From Eutreptiella sp. 'Long Island Sound 2002' (lineage: Eukaryota > Protista > Euglenida), in NCBI GenBank assembly GCA_964036045.1, contig OZ038379.1, forward strand, positions 6,510,001-6,574,000: a stretch of 64,000 nucleotides of DNA. The letters are read 5' to 3'. The stretch's first letter is position 1. Every line of letters begins with the position of its first letter. Under the pieces are notes generated by a model. It saw only the letters and a list, made by a program, of their open reading frames with translations. It ran no database searches and was not told the DNA's origin. This document shows positions 47,967 to 60,500 of this stretch, in pieces. Made by a program: the position numbers and the translations under genes.

Positions 47967-48166
47967 NNNNNNNNNNNNNNNNNNNNNNNNNNNNNNNNNN
48001 NNNNNNNNNNNNNNNNNNNNNNNNNNNNNNNNNNNNNNNNNNNNNNNNNNNNNNNNNNNNNNNNNNNNNNNNNNNNNNNNNNNNNNNNNNNNNNNNNNNN
48101 NNNNNNNNNNNNNNNNNNNNNNNNNNNNNNNNNNNNNNNNNNNNNNNNNNNNNNNNNNNNNNNNNN
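47967..48166. other. Assembly gap, 200 N
   Basis: Round-number N run, typical of a scaffolding join. Confidence 0.99.
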
Positions 48167-48179
48167 AATCTCGTCAGAT

Positions 48180-48253
48180 CCTGACATAGCTTAGTTGGTA
48201 GTAGTACTAGATTCTAATTCTAGAGGTCCTGGAATCAAACCCTGTTGTTCAGA
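48180..48253 (+). tRNA. tRNA-like gene or pseudogene with a CUA (amber-reading) anticodon
   Basis: A-box TAGCTTAGTTGGTAG; perfect anticodon stem CTAGA/TCTAG with loop TT-CTA-AT; AGGTC variable loop; T-run follows. T-loop degenerate (ATCAAAC); acceptor stem has a 1-nt bulge. Confidence 0.4.
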
Positions 48254-48437
48254 ATATTTTTACCTTCGCTTTTTTGGTCTTTTTTATGTCTTCATTGCTC
48301 CGTCACGGCGGGCCAGAAGGGGGGGGGGGGTTGGGAAATGGACATCCGTGACCCCCCGTGGGCGCAAGCCAATTTTCCCCCACCCATGCCTCACCCTGTC
48401 CCAGACCCCTCACGTCTGCCTGCCGTCTCTGCGCCAG

Positions 48438-50161
48438 GGGCACGAACGTGACCATTCCCGACCAGGCCCTGGCCCCCGACGAGTACCTCATCTGCTACAA
48501 TTTGGGCTTCGGCTGGTTCACCGTGACCCGCTCGCTCCTCGTCGACGGCGGGGCGTGGCTGGAGCTCAGCCCCGTCGTCCCGGTGCATCTCTCTGCCTTC
48601 GCCATGACCATCCACGGCGTCCATTTGACGGCCGGCGACAAGTACGGCATCATCAAGAGCGAGGCCGGCTGCGATAGCCTCGGGGCCGGCGGGGACAGTG
48701 TCGCGGTGTGTACCGCTTGCGTGTGGAGTGCGCGCTTTGAGGTCGTGAATCCTTCGGCCCGGCCCTGGGGGTGTGTTTGGGCGGCAGCGCTGAGGCTTGT
48801 CGAGGTGCCATCGGAGGAGCAGATCTCATGCGGATCAGGACGCTTTCTTGCCCTGAGACTAATGCAGAGGGGGAAGGGGGGTGTACTCCAGGGCTCTTTT
48901 CGGCAGCTCGGCACAACTCGGAAGGGGGGGTGGGGGGGGTTCCATCCCCCCACCCACCCACCCTGACCCCCCCCCCCCCCTCTTACAACAAGTTTTCCTC
49001 CGGGCCTTCGGATGATCAAAAACTTTCTCTGGCGCCAATTGGTTTGGATCAAAAATTTTCTTTGGCGCCTTTTAACACTCAACACCACCGCGCGGGGGGG
49101 GGGGGGGGGTTAGGGGTGGTTCCCGCCCGTGGCCGGCCGGGAGCTGGGCACCGCTGTGATCAGTTGAGTCGACCTGCCGGGGTCCTCCTGATAGGGCTGA
49201 GCAGACCCTGGTGGTGAGTGCCAGACTTCGCTTGAGCAAACCGGCGGGGGTGATCGCCGCGACCGCTGACGGGGGCCTGCAGCACGGGTGCCACACCACG
49301 GTCGGGGGGCTGAGCGAAGGTTAATGCCGTATGGATCCTTAATGTCTTGACCATCACAACCCGCCGCCATGGAGAAACAGAAATGGTGGGGTCAAAGACA
49401 GCGGCTTGGCTGACCCTCAGGAAAAGGTCGACACTGCATCATGCGGTGAAGAATAAATGGGTGACTGTCCAGGACCCCGTAAGGAAACCACAGATGGACT
49501 ATATGTCACACAGGGGGCTGGACCCACTCACCCCCCCTTAAAAAAAAAAAAGCGCTGGTGTACCCCCCCGTGAAGGAGTTGCCCACGGAGGGCGGGCAGG
49601 CTCAGTTTCCATACAAAGCTTCCCCCTCTCTGCCCTTCGGGCCCACTTGGTTACAAAGGGTGACCGGGTTTGGTCACACAGTCATGGTGGTGCCGAAGGT
49701 GCCGAAGGTGTATGTTGTATGTTTTCGTTTTGCTTTCCATTGCTCCCCGAGACGGCAGGGGTTGCGTGACTACTGCATTTCCCCCCGGTATCATGCTCTC
49801 CTTCAGCCGGTGACGATCATTATAAGGCGTGTATGCCCCCCCTCAAAAGGGGCCTTCGGTCCACTTCTACTGGGGAGTGGAGGGGTCGTGTATCAACCCA
49901 AGGGGTCGCGTTGGGGCTGGGATGTGGGGAGCGGTAGGGCACACAAGCATGCAATGTGTGTCTTGCTGTCGTGCGGATGGTTCTGAGGGCAGGAGCCGTG
50001 GTGCGTTGGCGGCATCTGTAATTATGGAGCCTCGTGCCCGCTGGGCAGCCCCGCCTGCAGGGCTGAACAATCGAACTCATGGTTTGCGGCAGTGGTAGGA
50101 CTTTAGGATTGTTGAACCTCGCAGTTGGAGCAGATTCGAATGGATTCCTTGGCACACACAG

Positions 50162-50210
<49 letters not shown>

Positions 50211-53200
50211 TCGAACCTCGCAGTTTGAGCATGATTGGAATTGATACCTTGGCACACACACAGAGATTGACCCATCCCCCCTCCCCTTCCGCCCACACGC
50301 CCCTTCACGCTGCGGGTGTTGGGGTCCAGCACTATGGCTGCAGCCCTCTTTTGGCTTTGCAGGCGCTCTTGACCGGCGGACCGGACTGGTACGAGGTGGC
50401 GGTAGCATCGGTGACGCTCGAGGCCGACGACTACAACGTGTGCTACAACCTCAACGGAGGAGGCTGGCGCATCGTGGAGCAGAACATGACCGTCAACGGC
50501 CCCAACGACTGGCGCTACAGCCCCGCGGACCCCGCGAACAACGTCATGCTGCGCTCCATTGTCCTGGGGCACAACCTCAGCGTCGCGGACATGTACGAGT
50601 TCGCGCCAGCGGGGCCTGAGGGTGTGTGTGAACTGTGAGGGCGTGGGCGGACGGCAGGAGATATCACAAACGACAACAAAAAGATGACAAACCGACAACA
50701 GCAGCCGAAACCAGACAACATCCCATCACCCCAAAGAGGCAAACACATGCACGCACGCACGCACACGCAAACATACACATGTACGCACGAATGGACGCCC
50801 ACCGATGGAACAGCGAGCTCAGGAGTAAATTGCAGAGACGGTGGGAATAAGGAGTCTCATCTTGCAGTTTGAGCTACAGTGCGAACAGAGCTGTAGACAG
50901 GTGCTGTATCTTAGTGGACGCCATGTTATTGGTGAAATCAATTGGGCATCCGCGCGCGCGTGCACAAACACACACACACACACACACAACAGGTGAAGAG
51001 GAGCATAATGTACAAACCCTCCAGCTCTTTGAATGGAGTTGGCATGGAAGAGCAAGCACAGAGGTCACAGAACCTTGAAAACGCTGGGGTTTAGTCAGGG
51101 TGTATTTGATATGGTCCCCCCCCTCCCCCCAAGCAAGCAAGGGATGGCACACACAATGGAAATGGAGAGACACTGGTCTGCACAATGAATAACTGTGATA
51201 TGCAGTTTGAAGTGCATGGGACTATTTATGGATTGGCGCATTGAAAAATATGAAGCAATGCTGCGGTGCAAAGGACCATGGCCCTTCGGTTTGGGCTTTG
51301 GTTTGGACTTGGCCACAGGACCTGTGGCTGGACAAATTTGCAGTCCAAACCCCTGATTTCCGCTGTGTGGGTCAAAATGTCCCAGTTTCTTAATTTTTGG
51401 GACATCAAGTTTCTTGCAGCAAGTCATACAAGTGTCATCCAGCCACTGGATAATGTGCCACATGAGTTGGTGGCATGCTGCCAACAAGCAATGCCTCAAA
51501 TCATGGCTTGTAGTGGGTCTCAAAATAGTCCTCCCTGGAGAACTGTGCCAGCAACACATCAATTAATTGAACAAACCGTGTCAATCCCCCAGGGATGATG
51601 GCGAGCTTGCAAAGAAGACTGCACAGTGCGAAGCCTGGTGAAGGTGGTGACTGTGATGTGTCCTGCCGCGGGATCCATGATGACACATGTGGGCTCCTGG
51701 AATTGCGGTACCAATCCAACAAACAACGGGTAGAGCCAGACTTGCAGTTGGCGTGTATCCCAATTTAGCTTATGTATTTCGAATCACTGCGTGTTGAAGC
51801 TTTTGCTCCACCTGCCAACTATGACGCCTCGCCACTTCTTTTGCTGTATTTTCTTTGGCACAGCACTGTCGAACTCAGCCCAACAAAATTTGCCTACAGT
51901 CGTGTTAACTGCTGCACCTGTACACACAGCCAACACGTCCAGGGGTGAACCATCAAGCAGCTCTGGAACTGGTGAGCAGGAGTGAAAACGAAGAAGCAAC
52001 CTTCCAAAGGACAGCCAGACTACACGCTCAGCTCCCCCTCCCCTCCTCCCCGGAAAGACAGGCAAAGGGACACCACGGACACACCTCCCACCCCACCCCT
52101 TCCCCCTCCTGCCGGGGTGTCCCCTATTGGCCCAACAGCTGCGGCGCGTGCGGGCCACATCCACGGCGCGTCGCCTGCTCCCCTGCAACGCACTTGATTG
52201 GTGCCGCGTTCTGCTCGTGTACAGATGCATGCGGCATTGGGTATGCGTCCGGACTGGCAGAAGGCGCAATCTGGCAGGAGGCATACCATTGCTTAGTCTC
52301 TTGCCCCTCCCGGTCATTCCTTGCCCTCGTACGCTGCCTTCGCCCTATCCCCTGGTGGCCATCACAACTGTCTGTGACCTCGTATTGTCTTGTGGGAGAG
52401 TCATTGTTGCGAACGCGGGACTGAACGGGTGGGAAGATTAAGGCAAGTGGAAGGATCATTGTTGAATCACGCCGCTATTCGAGCCCTTACCGCTGTGAGA
52501 CGGGGGGGTTGGGATGGGCCAGAGGGTGAGGAGTCCCTCAGCCCTGCGTCCCCTGGCCTCGCCCTTTGAGGAAAGGCGCGGTAGAGGGACTTCCTGCGGA
52601 CAGTTAGGGCACTTCCGTTGGGGCCCTGTCATGGCCCTTGTCTTGGACTTAGGGGGGGGGCTCGGACGACCATGTGGTGAAGTACCCTCCCGCACATGGA
52701 CCTCCCCCGTCTCATGTGGAGCACAGGATCATGGACACCCCAGTGCCCGAGGACGGGACTCCTACCTATGACCCACCTGGGGCTCGAACCCGGGACCTCT
52801 AGCGCAGGCGTCAAGTGCTATGACGGCTGCGCCACGTGTCTTTTGTTTGCACCGCCTTGTCCATGCGTCCGTTGCTCCTCAGGCTGCACCAACGTGACGG
52901 GGTGGGACGTGTTCCCGTGGATGCTGGCCTCCGACAACGGTGGGGCGTACAACACCACGGTGTACCTGCCGCAGCAGAAGCTCTTGGCGGGGGTCTGGGT
53001 GCTCTGCTACCATTTCCCGGGGCTCGGGTGGCGGCAGATCGGCCACAACTTCACCGTCGCGGGGCCCCTGCGGTTCGAGTGGGTGCCCCATACCCCGAAG
53101 CGCCGCACGTTCTTCCCGCTGCTGGTCTACGGCGTGGGGCTGAACGCCACGGACGAGTGGGCGTTGGTGTTCGGGTGTGCGGCTGCGCGTCTGCGCGCCT

Positions 53201-54499
53201 GTGCCCCGCCGTGTGTCTGTGCCCGTGGGAATCCAGTCGGTGCCCAGCCGCCCCCAGACCTGTGGGCTGATGTCTCTCCACCGCCCCCCCCTCCTCCACG
53301 CCTCCACACCTCCCCCCCCCCTCTTCCCTTGGGCCTTTCAGGCTCAGCCACAGTGCACGGGGAAGGGGGGGGGTGCGCTTGAAGGAGAGTGACGCCACAG
53401 GGCAGTGCAGCGAGCGCCTGTAAAATCAGCTGGTGCCAGTTGAGAGAGCCGTTGGGGAACAGGAGCTGGCGGATACAAAACCGTTGGAGCTGCAGGTGGA
53501 GTTGGAGGGAAGCGGTTGGGGCGGGCCTCGTAATTAGTCCGGAGGAGGAGGGGGGGGGGGGGGGGGGGCTACAGGTTGGGTATAGACCTGGTCAGACCGG
53601 AGGCCCGTGCTTGTGCCCCCTTCGTGGTGCGGCATGTTGCAGGTCAATCCAACCACTGGAAGCAGGTAGCAGAGGGGGGGGGGCACACGAGACGCTGACG
53701 TCTGTGCTGACACGTGCATCGTGTGCGTGCGTTCTGTTGACGCTGATGCCATTCGTGGAGGGGGGTGACCCCTCGGTTCCGGACGCCCCCCCCCCCCCCG
53801 CCCCCCAACCCCAACCGCCTTGGACCACACATAGTTGGGGCTGCCGTAGGATGCCACTGTCGGTTATGGGGGGGGGTGTATGCCGGTGGTACCCGGACGC
53901 CACATGAGGTGCAAACCATCCTCTTTGGAGGCCCTAATTGCCCCGGGGGTCAACTCGAGGGGACAGGGGACTGAAGGGTTCCAACAACTGGTGGTTGAGA
54001 AAGCGGTTAGGACTGTGAAAAGCGGTTACAAAACGTTTGGTGGACTGGCAGGGGCCGGCAGACGCGGTGTGGGCGGCAAACCCTTTGCCCCGCTCCCCTC
54101 CAGTGCATGCCTGCGTGGCCCTCCCTCAGGGACAATGCCGCCAAGCCCGACCTCTGCTATCATCCGGAGAACTTCCAGTGGCGAGTCCAGTCAGTGGACG
54201 GGGACGTGGACCCCTCGGGCGTCGTTGCCCAGTTCAACGCGTCGGTGTCGAAGGACGTATGGAAGACCTTCCGCGTGTGGACGCTGTGCTACAACGTCCG
54301 CGGCGTTGCGTACGGATGGGAGCCGGTGCCAGGGAGCTCCATCCACTTCCTGGACCGCCTCATCCATGTGCGCATCACCTTCTCCTGCACCCCCCCTATC
54401 CTCCAGACCCTGCGCACCACTGAGTGCATCATCCGGTCGTATGACTCCGCGGGAGAGCTCTATGGTGACGATACGGACACGGCAAAGTTCAGTGTCGAG
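48438..54499 (+). CDS. Multi-exon beta-sandwich-repeat glycoprotein, copy 2 (incomplete at both ends): exons 48438-48705, 50363-50621, 52883-53174, 54130-54499
   Basis: AG/GT at 48436-7/48706-7, 50361-2/50622-3, 52881-2/53175-6 and 54128-9/54500-1. The frame is continuous after splicing. Confidence 0.8.
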
Positions 54500-54596
54500 G
54501 TTTGTCATCATACTCAAACACAATCTAACCCAGTGACAATGCACAATCGCAGGGCACCCCGTGTATGCGCTGTATCACGCCAACATGCTCTCTCTG

Positions 54597-57500
54597 CCGC
54601 CTGCATGCCCTGTACACCCGGTGCATGCCCTGCACACCTGGTGCATGCCCTGCACACCCGGTGCATGCCCTGTACACCCGGTGCATGCCCTGTACACCCG
54701 CTGCATGCCCTGCACACCCGGTGCATGCCCTGCACACCCGGTGCATGCCCTGCACACCCGCTGCATGCCCTGCACACCCGGTGCATGCCCTGTACACCCG
54801 CTGCATGCCCTGTACACCCGGTGCATGCCCTGTACACCCGGTGCATGCCCTGCACACCCGGTGCATGCCCTGTACACCCGCTGCATGCCCTGCACACCCG
54901 GTGCATGCCCTGCACACCCGGTGCATGCCCTGTACACCCGGTGCATGCCCTGCACACCCGCTGCATGCCCTGTACACCCGGTGCATGCCCTGTACACCCG
55001 GTGCATGCCCTGCACACCCGCTGCATGCCCTGCACACCCGCTGCATGCCCTGTACACCCGGTGCATGCCCTGCACACCCGCTGCATGCCCTGTACACCCG
55101 GTGCATGCCCTGTACACCCGGTGCATGCCCTGCACACCCGGTGCATGCCCTGCACACCCGCTGCATGCCCTGCACACCCGGTGCATGCCCTGTACACCCG
55201 GTGCATGCCCTGTACACCCGCTGCATGCCCTGTACACCCGGTGCATGCCCTGTACACCCGCTGCATGCCCTGTACACCCGGTGCATGCCCTGTACACCCG
55301 GTGCATGCCCTGTACACCCGGTGCATGCCCTGCACACCCGGTGCATGCCCTGTACACCCGGTGCATGCCCTGCACACCCGGTGCATGCCCTGCACACCCC
55401 CTGCATGCCCTGCACACCCGGTGCATGCCCTGCACACCCGGTGCATGCCCTGCACACCCGGTGCATGCCCTGCACACCCGCTGCATGCCCTGCACACCCG
55501 CTGCATGCCCTGCACACCCGGTGCATGCCCTGTACACCCGCTGCATGCCCTGTACACCCGGTGCATGCCCTGTACACCCGCTGCATGCCCTGTACACCCG
55601 GTGCATGCCCTGTACACCCGGTGCATGCCCTGCACACCCGCTGCATGCCCTGCACACCCCCTGCATGCCCTGCACACCCGGTGCATGCCCTGCACACCCG
55701 CTGCCTGCCCTGTACACCCGGTGCATGCCCTGTGCACCCCCTGCATGCCCTGCACACCCGGTGCATGCCCTGCACAGCCGGTGCATGCCCTGTACACCCG
55801 GTGCATGCCCTGCACACCCGCTGCATGCCCTGCACACCCGGTGCATGCCCTGCACACCCGGTGCATGCCCTGTACACCCGGTGCATGCCCTGCACACCCG
55901 GTGCATGCCCTGCACAGCCGGTGCATGCCCTGTACACCCGGTGCATGCCCTGCACACCCGCTGCATGCCCTGCACACCCGGTGCATGCCCTGCACACCCG
56001 GTGCATGCCCTGTACACCCGGTGCATGCCCTGCACACCCGGTGCATGCCCTGCACACCCGCTGCATGCCCTGTACACCCGGTGCATGCCCTGTACACCCG
56101 GTGCATGCCCTGCACACCCGGTGCATGCCCTGCACACCCGGTGCATGCCCTGTACACCCGGTGCATGCCCTGCACACCCGGTGCATGCCCTGTACACCCG
56201 GTGCATGCCCTGCACAGCCGGTGCATGCCCTGTACACCCGGTGCATGCCCTGCACACCCGCTGCATGCCCTGCACACCCGGTGCATGCCCTGCACACCCG
56301 GTGCATGCCCTGTACACCCGGTGCATGCCCTGCACACCCGGTGCATGCCCTGCACACCCGCTGCATGCCCTGTACACCCGGTGCATGCCCTGTACACCCG
56401 GTGCATGCCCTGCACACCCGGTGCATGCCCTGCACACCCGGTGCATGCCCTGTACACCCGGTGCATGCCCTGCACACCCGGTGCATGCCCTGTACACCCG
56501 GTGCATGCCCTGCACACCCGGTGCATGCTCTGGACACCTGGTGCATGCCCTGTGCACCCGGTGCATGCCCTGTACACCCGGTGCATGCCCTGTACACCCG
56601 CTGCATGCCCTGTACGCCCGCTGCATGCCCTGTACACCCGGTGCATGCCCTGTACACCCGGTGCATGCCCTGCACACCCGCTGCATGCCCTGCACACCCG
56701 GTGCATGCCCTGTACACCCGGTGCATGCCCTGCACACCCGCTGCATGCCCTGTACACCCGCTGCATGCCCTGTACACCCGGTGCATGCCCTGTACACCCG
56801 GTGCATGCCCTGCACACCCGGTGCATGCCCTGTACACCCGCTGCATGCCCTGCACACCCGCTGCATGCCCTGTACACCCGCTGCATGCCCTGTACACCCG
56901 GTGCATGCCCTGTACACCCGGTGCATGCCCTGCACACCCGCTGCATGCCCTGTACACCCGGTGCATGCCCTGTACACCCGGTGCATGCCCTGTACACCCG
57001 GTGCATGCCCTGTACACCCGCTGCATGCCCTGTACACCCGGTGCATGCCCTGTACACCCGGTGCATGCCCTGTACACCCGGTGCATGCCCTGTACACCCG
57101 CTGCATGCCCTGTACACCCGGTGCATGCCCTGTACACCCGGTGCATGCCCTGCACACCCCCTGCATGCCCTGCACACCCGGTGCATGCCCTGCACACCCG
57201 CTGCATGCCCTGTACACCCGGTGCATGCCCATGTACACCCGGTGCATGCCCTGCACACCCGGTGCATGCCCTGCACAGCCGGTGCATGCCCTGTACACCC
57301 GGTGCATGCCCTGCACACCCGCTGCATGCCCTGCACACCCGGTGCATGCCCTGCACACCCGGTGCATGCCCTGTACACCCGGTGCATGCCCTGCACACCC
57401 GGTGCATGCCCTGCACACCCGCTGCATGCCCTGCACACCCGGTGCATGCCCTGTACACCCGGTGCATGCCCTGCACACCCGGTGCATGCCCTGCACAGCC

Positions 57501-60500
57501 GGTGCATGCCCTGTACACCCGGTGCATGCCCTGCACACCCGCTGCATGCCCTGCACACCCGGTGCATGCCCTGCACACCCGGTGCATGCCCTGTACACCC
57601 GGTGCATGCCCTGCACACCCGCTGCATGCCCTGCACACCCGCTGCATGCCCTGTACACCCGTTGCATGCCCTGTACACCCGGTGCATGCCCTGCACACCC
57701 GCTGCATGCCCTGTACACCCGCTGCATGCCCTGCACACCCGGTGCATGCCCTGTACACCCGGTGCATGCCCTGCACACCCGGTGCATGCCCTGTACACCC
57801 GCTGCATGCCCTGTACACCCGGTGCATGCCCTGCACACCCGCTGCATGCCCTGTACACCCGGTGCATGCCCTGCACACCCGGTGCATGCCCTGCACACCC
57901 GGTGCATGCCCTGCACACCCCCTGCATGCCCTGCACACCCGGTGCATGCCCTGGACACCTGGTGCATGCCCTGTGCACCCGGTGCATGCCCTGTACACCC
58001 GGTGCATGCCCTGTACACCCGCTGCATGCCCTGTACGCCCGCTGCATGCCCTGCACACCCGGTGCATGCCCTGTACACCCGGTGCATGCCCTGCACACCC
58101 GCTGCATGCCCTGTACACCCGCTGCATGCCCTGTACACCCGGTGCATGCCCTGTACACCCGGTGCATGCCCTGCACACCCGGTGCATGCCCTGTACACCC
58201 GGTGCATGCCCTGCACACCCGCTGCATGCCCTGTACACCCGCTGCATGCCCTGTACACCCGGTGCATGCCCATATACACCCGGTGCATGCCCTGCACACC
58301 CGCTGCATGCCCTGTACACCCGGTGCATGCCCTGTACACCCGGTGCATGCCCTGTACACCCCGTGCATGCCCTGCACACCCGCTGCATGCCCTGTACACC
58401 CGGTGCATGCCCTGTACACCCGGTGCATGCCCTGTACACCCGGTGCATGCCCTGTACACCCGCTGCATGCCCTGTACACCCGGTGCATGCCCTGTACACC
58501 CGGTGCCTGCCCTGCACACCCGGTGCATGCCCTGTACACCCGGTGCATGCCCTGCACACCCGCTGCATGCCCTGTACACCCGGTGCATGCCCTGCACACC
58601 CGGTGCATGCCCTGCACACCCGCTGCGTGCCCTGTACACCCGGTGCATGCCCTGCACACCCGGTGCATGCCCTGTGCACCCGGTGCATGCCCTGCACACC
58701 CGCTGCATGCCCTGTACACCCGGTGCATGCCCTGCACACCCGGTGCATGCCCTGTACACCCGGTGCATGCCCTGCACACCCGGTGCATGCCCTGTACACC
58801 CGTTGCATGCCCTGCACACCCGGTGCATGCCCTGTACACCCGGTGCATGCCCTGCACACCCGGTGCATGCCCTGTACACCCGGTGCATGCCCTGCACACC
58901 CGGTGCATGCCCTGTACACCCGGTGCATGCCCTGTACACCCGGTGCATGCCCTGCACACCCGGTGCATGCCCTGCACACCCGCTGCATGCCCTGTACACC
59001 CGGTGCATGCCCTGTACACCCGGTGCATGCCCTGCACACCCGCTGCATGCCCTGTACACCCGGTGCATGCCCTGCACACCCGGTGCATGCCCTGCACACC
59101 CGGTGCATGCCCTGCACACCCGGTGCATGCCCTGTACACCCGCTGCATGCCCTGGACACCTGGTGCATGCCCTGTGCACCCGGTGCATGCCCTGTACACC
59201 CGGTGCATGCCCTGCACACCCGCTGCATGCCCTGCACACCCGCTGCATGCCCTGTACACCCGGTGCATGCCCTGTACACCCGGTGCATGCCCTGCACACC
59301 CGGTGCATGCCCTGTACACCCGGTGCATGCCCTGCACAGCCGGTGCATGCCCTGTACACCCGCTGCATGCCCTGTACACCCGGTGCATGCCCTGTACACC
59401 CGGTGCATGCCCTGCACACCCGGTGCATGCCCTGCACACCCGGTGCATGCCCTGTACACCCGCTGCATGCCCTGTACACCCGGTGCATGCCCTGTACACC
59501 CGTTGCATGCCCTGTGCACCCGGTGCATGCCCTGTACACCCGGTGCATGCCCTGTACACCCGCTGCATGCCCTGTACACCCGGTGCATGCCCTGCACACC
59601 CGGTGCATGCCCTGTACACCCGGTGCATGCCCTGCACACCCGGTGCATGCCCTGTACACCCGGTGCATGCCCTGCACACCCGGTGCATGCCCTGCACACC
59701 CCCTGCATGCCCTGCACACCCGGTGCATGCCCTGCACACCCGGTGCATGCCCTGCACACCCGGTGCATGCCCTGCACACCCGCTGCATGCCCTGCACACC
59801 CGGTGCATGCCCTGCACACCCGGTGCATGCCCTGTACACCCGGTGCATGCCCTGTACACCCGGTGCATGCCCTGTACACCCGCTGCATGCCCTGTACACC
59901 CGGTGCATGCCCTGTACACCCGGTGCATGCCCTGCACACCCGCTGCATGCCCTGCACACCCCCTGCATGCCCTGCACACCCGGTGCATGCCCTGCACACC
60001 CGGTGCAGGCCCTGCACACCCGGTGCATGCCCTGCACACCCCCTGCATGCCCTGCACACCCGGTGCATGCCCTGCACACCCGCTGCATGCCCTGTACACC
60101 CGGTGCATGCCCTGTACACCCGGTGCATGCCCTGCACACCCGGTGCATGCCCTGCACACCCGGTGCATGCCCTGTACACCCGCTGCATGCCCTGTACGCC
60201 CGCTGCATGCCCTGCACACCCGGTGCATGCCCTGTACACCCGGTGCATGCCCTGCACACCCGCTGCATGCCCTGTACACCCGCTGCATGCCCTGTACACC
60301 CGGTGCATGCCCATGTACACCCGGTGCATGCCCTGCACACCCGCTGCATGCCCTGTACACCCGGTGCATGCCCTGTACACCCGGCGCATGCCCTGTACAC
60401 CCCGTGCATGCCCTGTACACCCGCTGCATGCCCTGTACACCCGGTGCATGCCCTGTACACCCGGTGCATGCCCTGTACACCCGGTGCATGCCCTGTACAC

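Larger units (their letters stand above)
41821..54597. repeat. ~6.15-kb inverted duplication (41821-47966 / 48441-54597) around a 200-N gap and a 274-bp unique spacer
   Basis: 47966 pairs with 48441 and 41821 with 54597. ORF tracks mirror each other. Scattered substitutions and homopolymer-length differences. Confidence 0.95.

Noticed and set aside
17766-54499. Euglenid non-conventional (non-GT-AG) introns
   Set aside because: All introns I could trace have canonical GT-AG ends; none required a non-conventional model. The 37.9-40.0 kb segment is unresolved.
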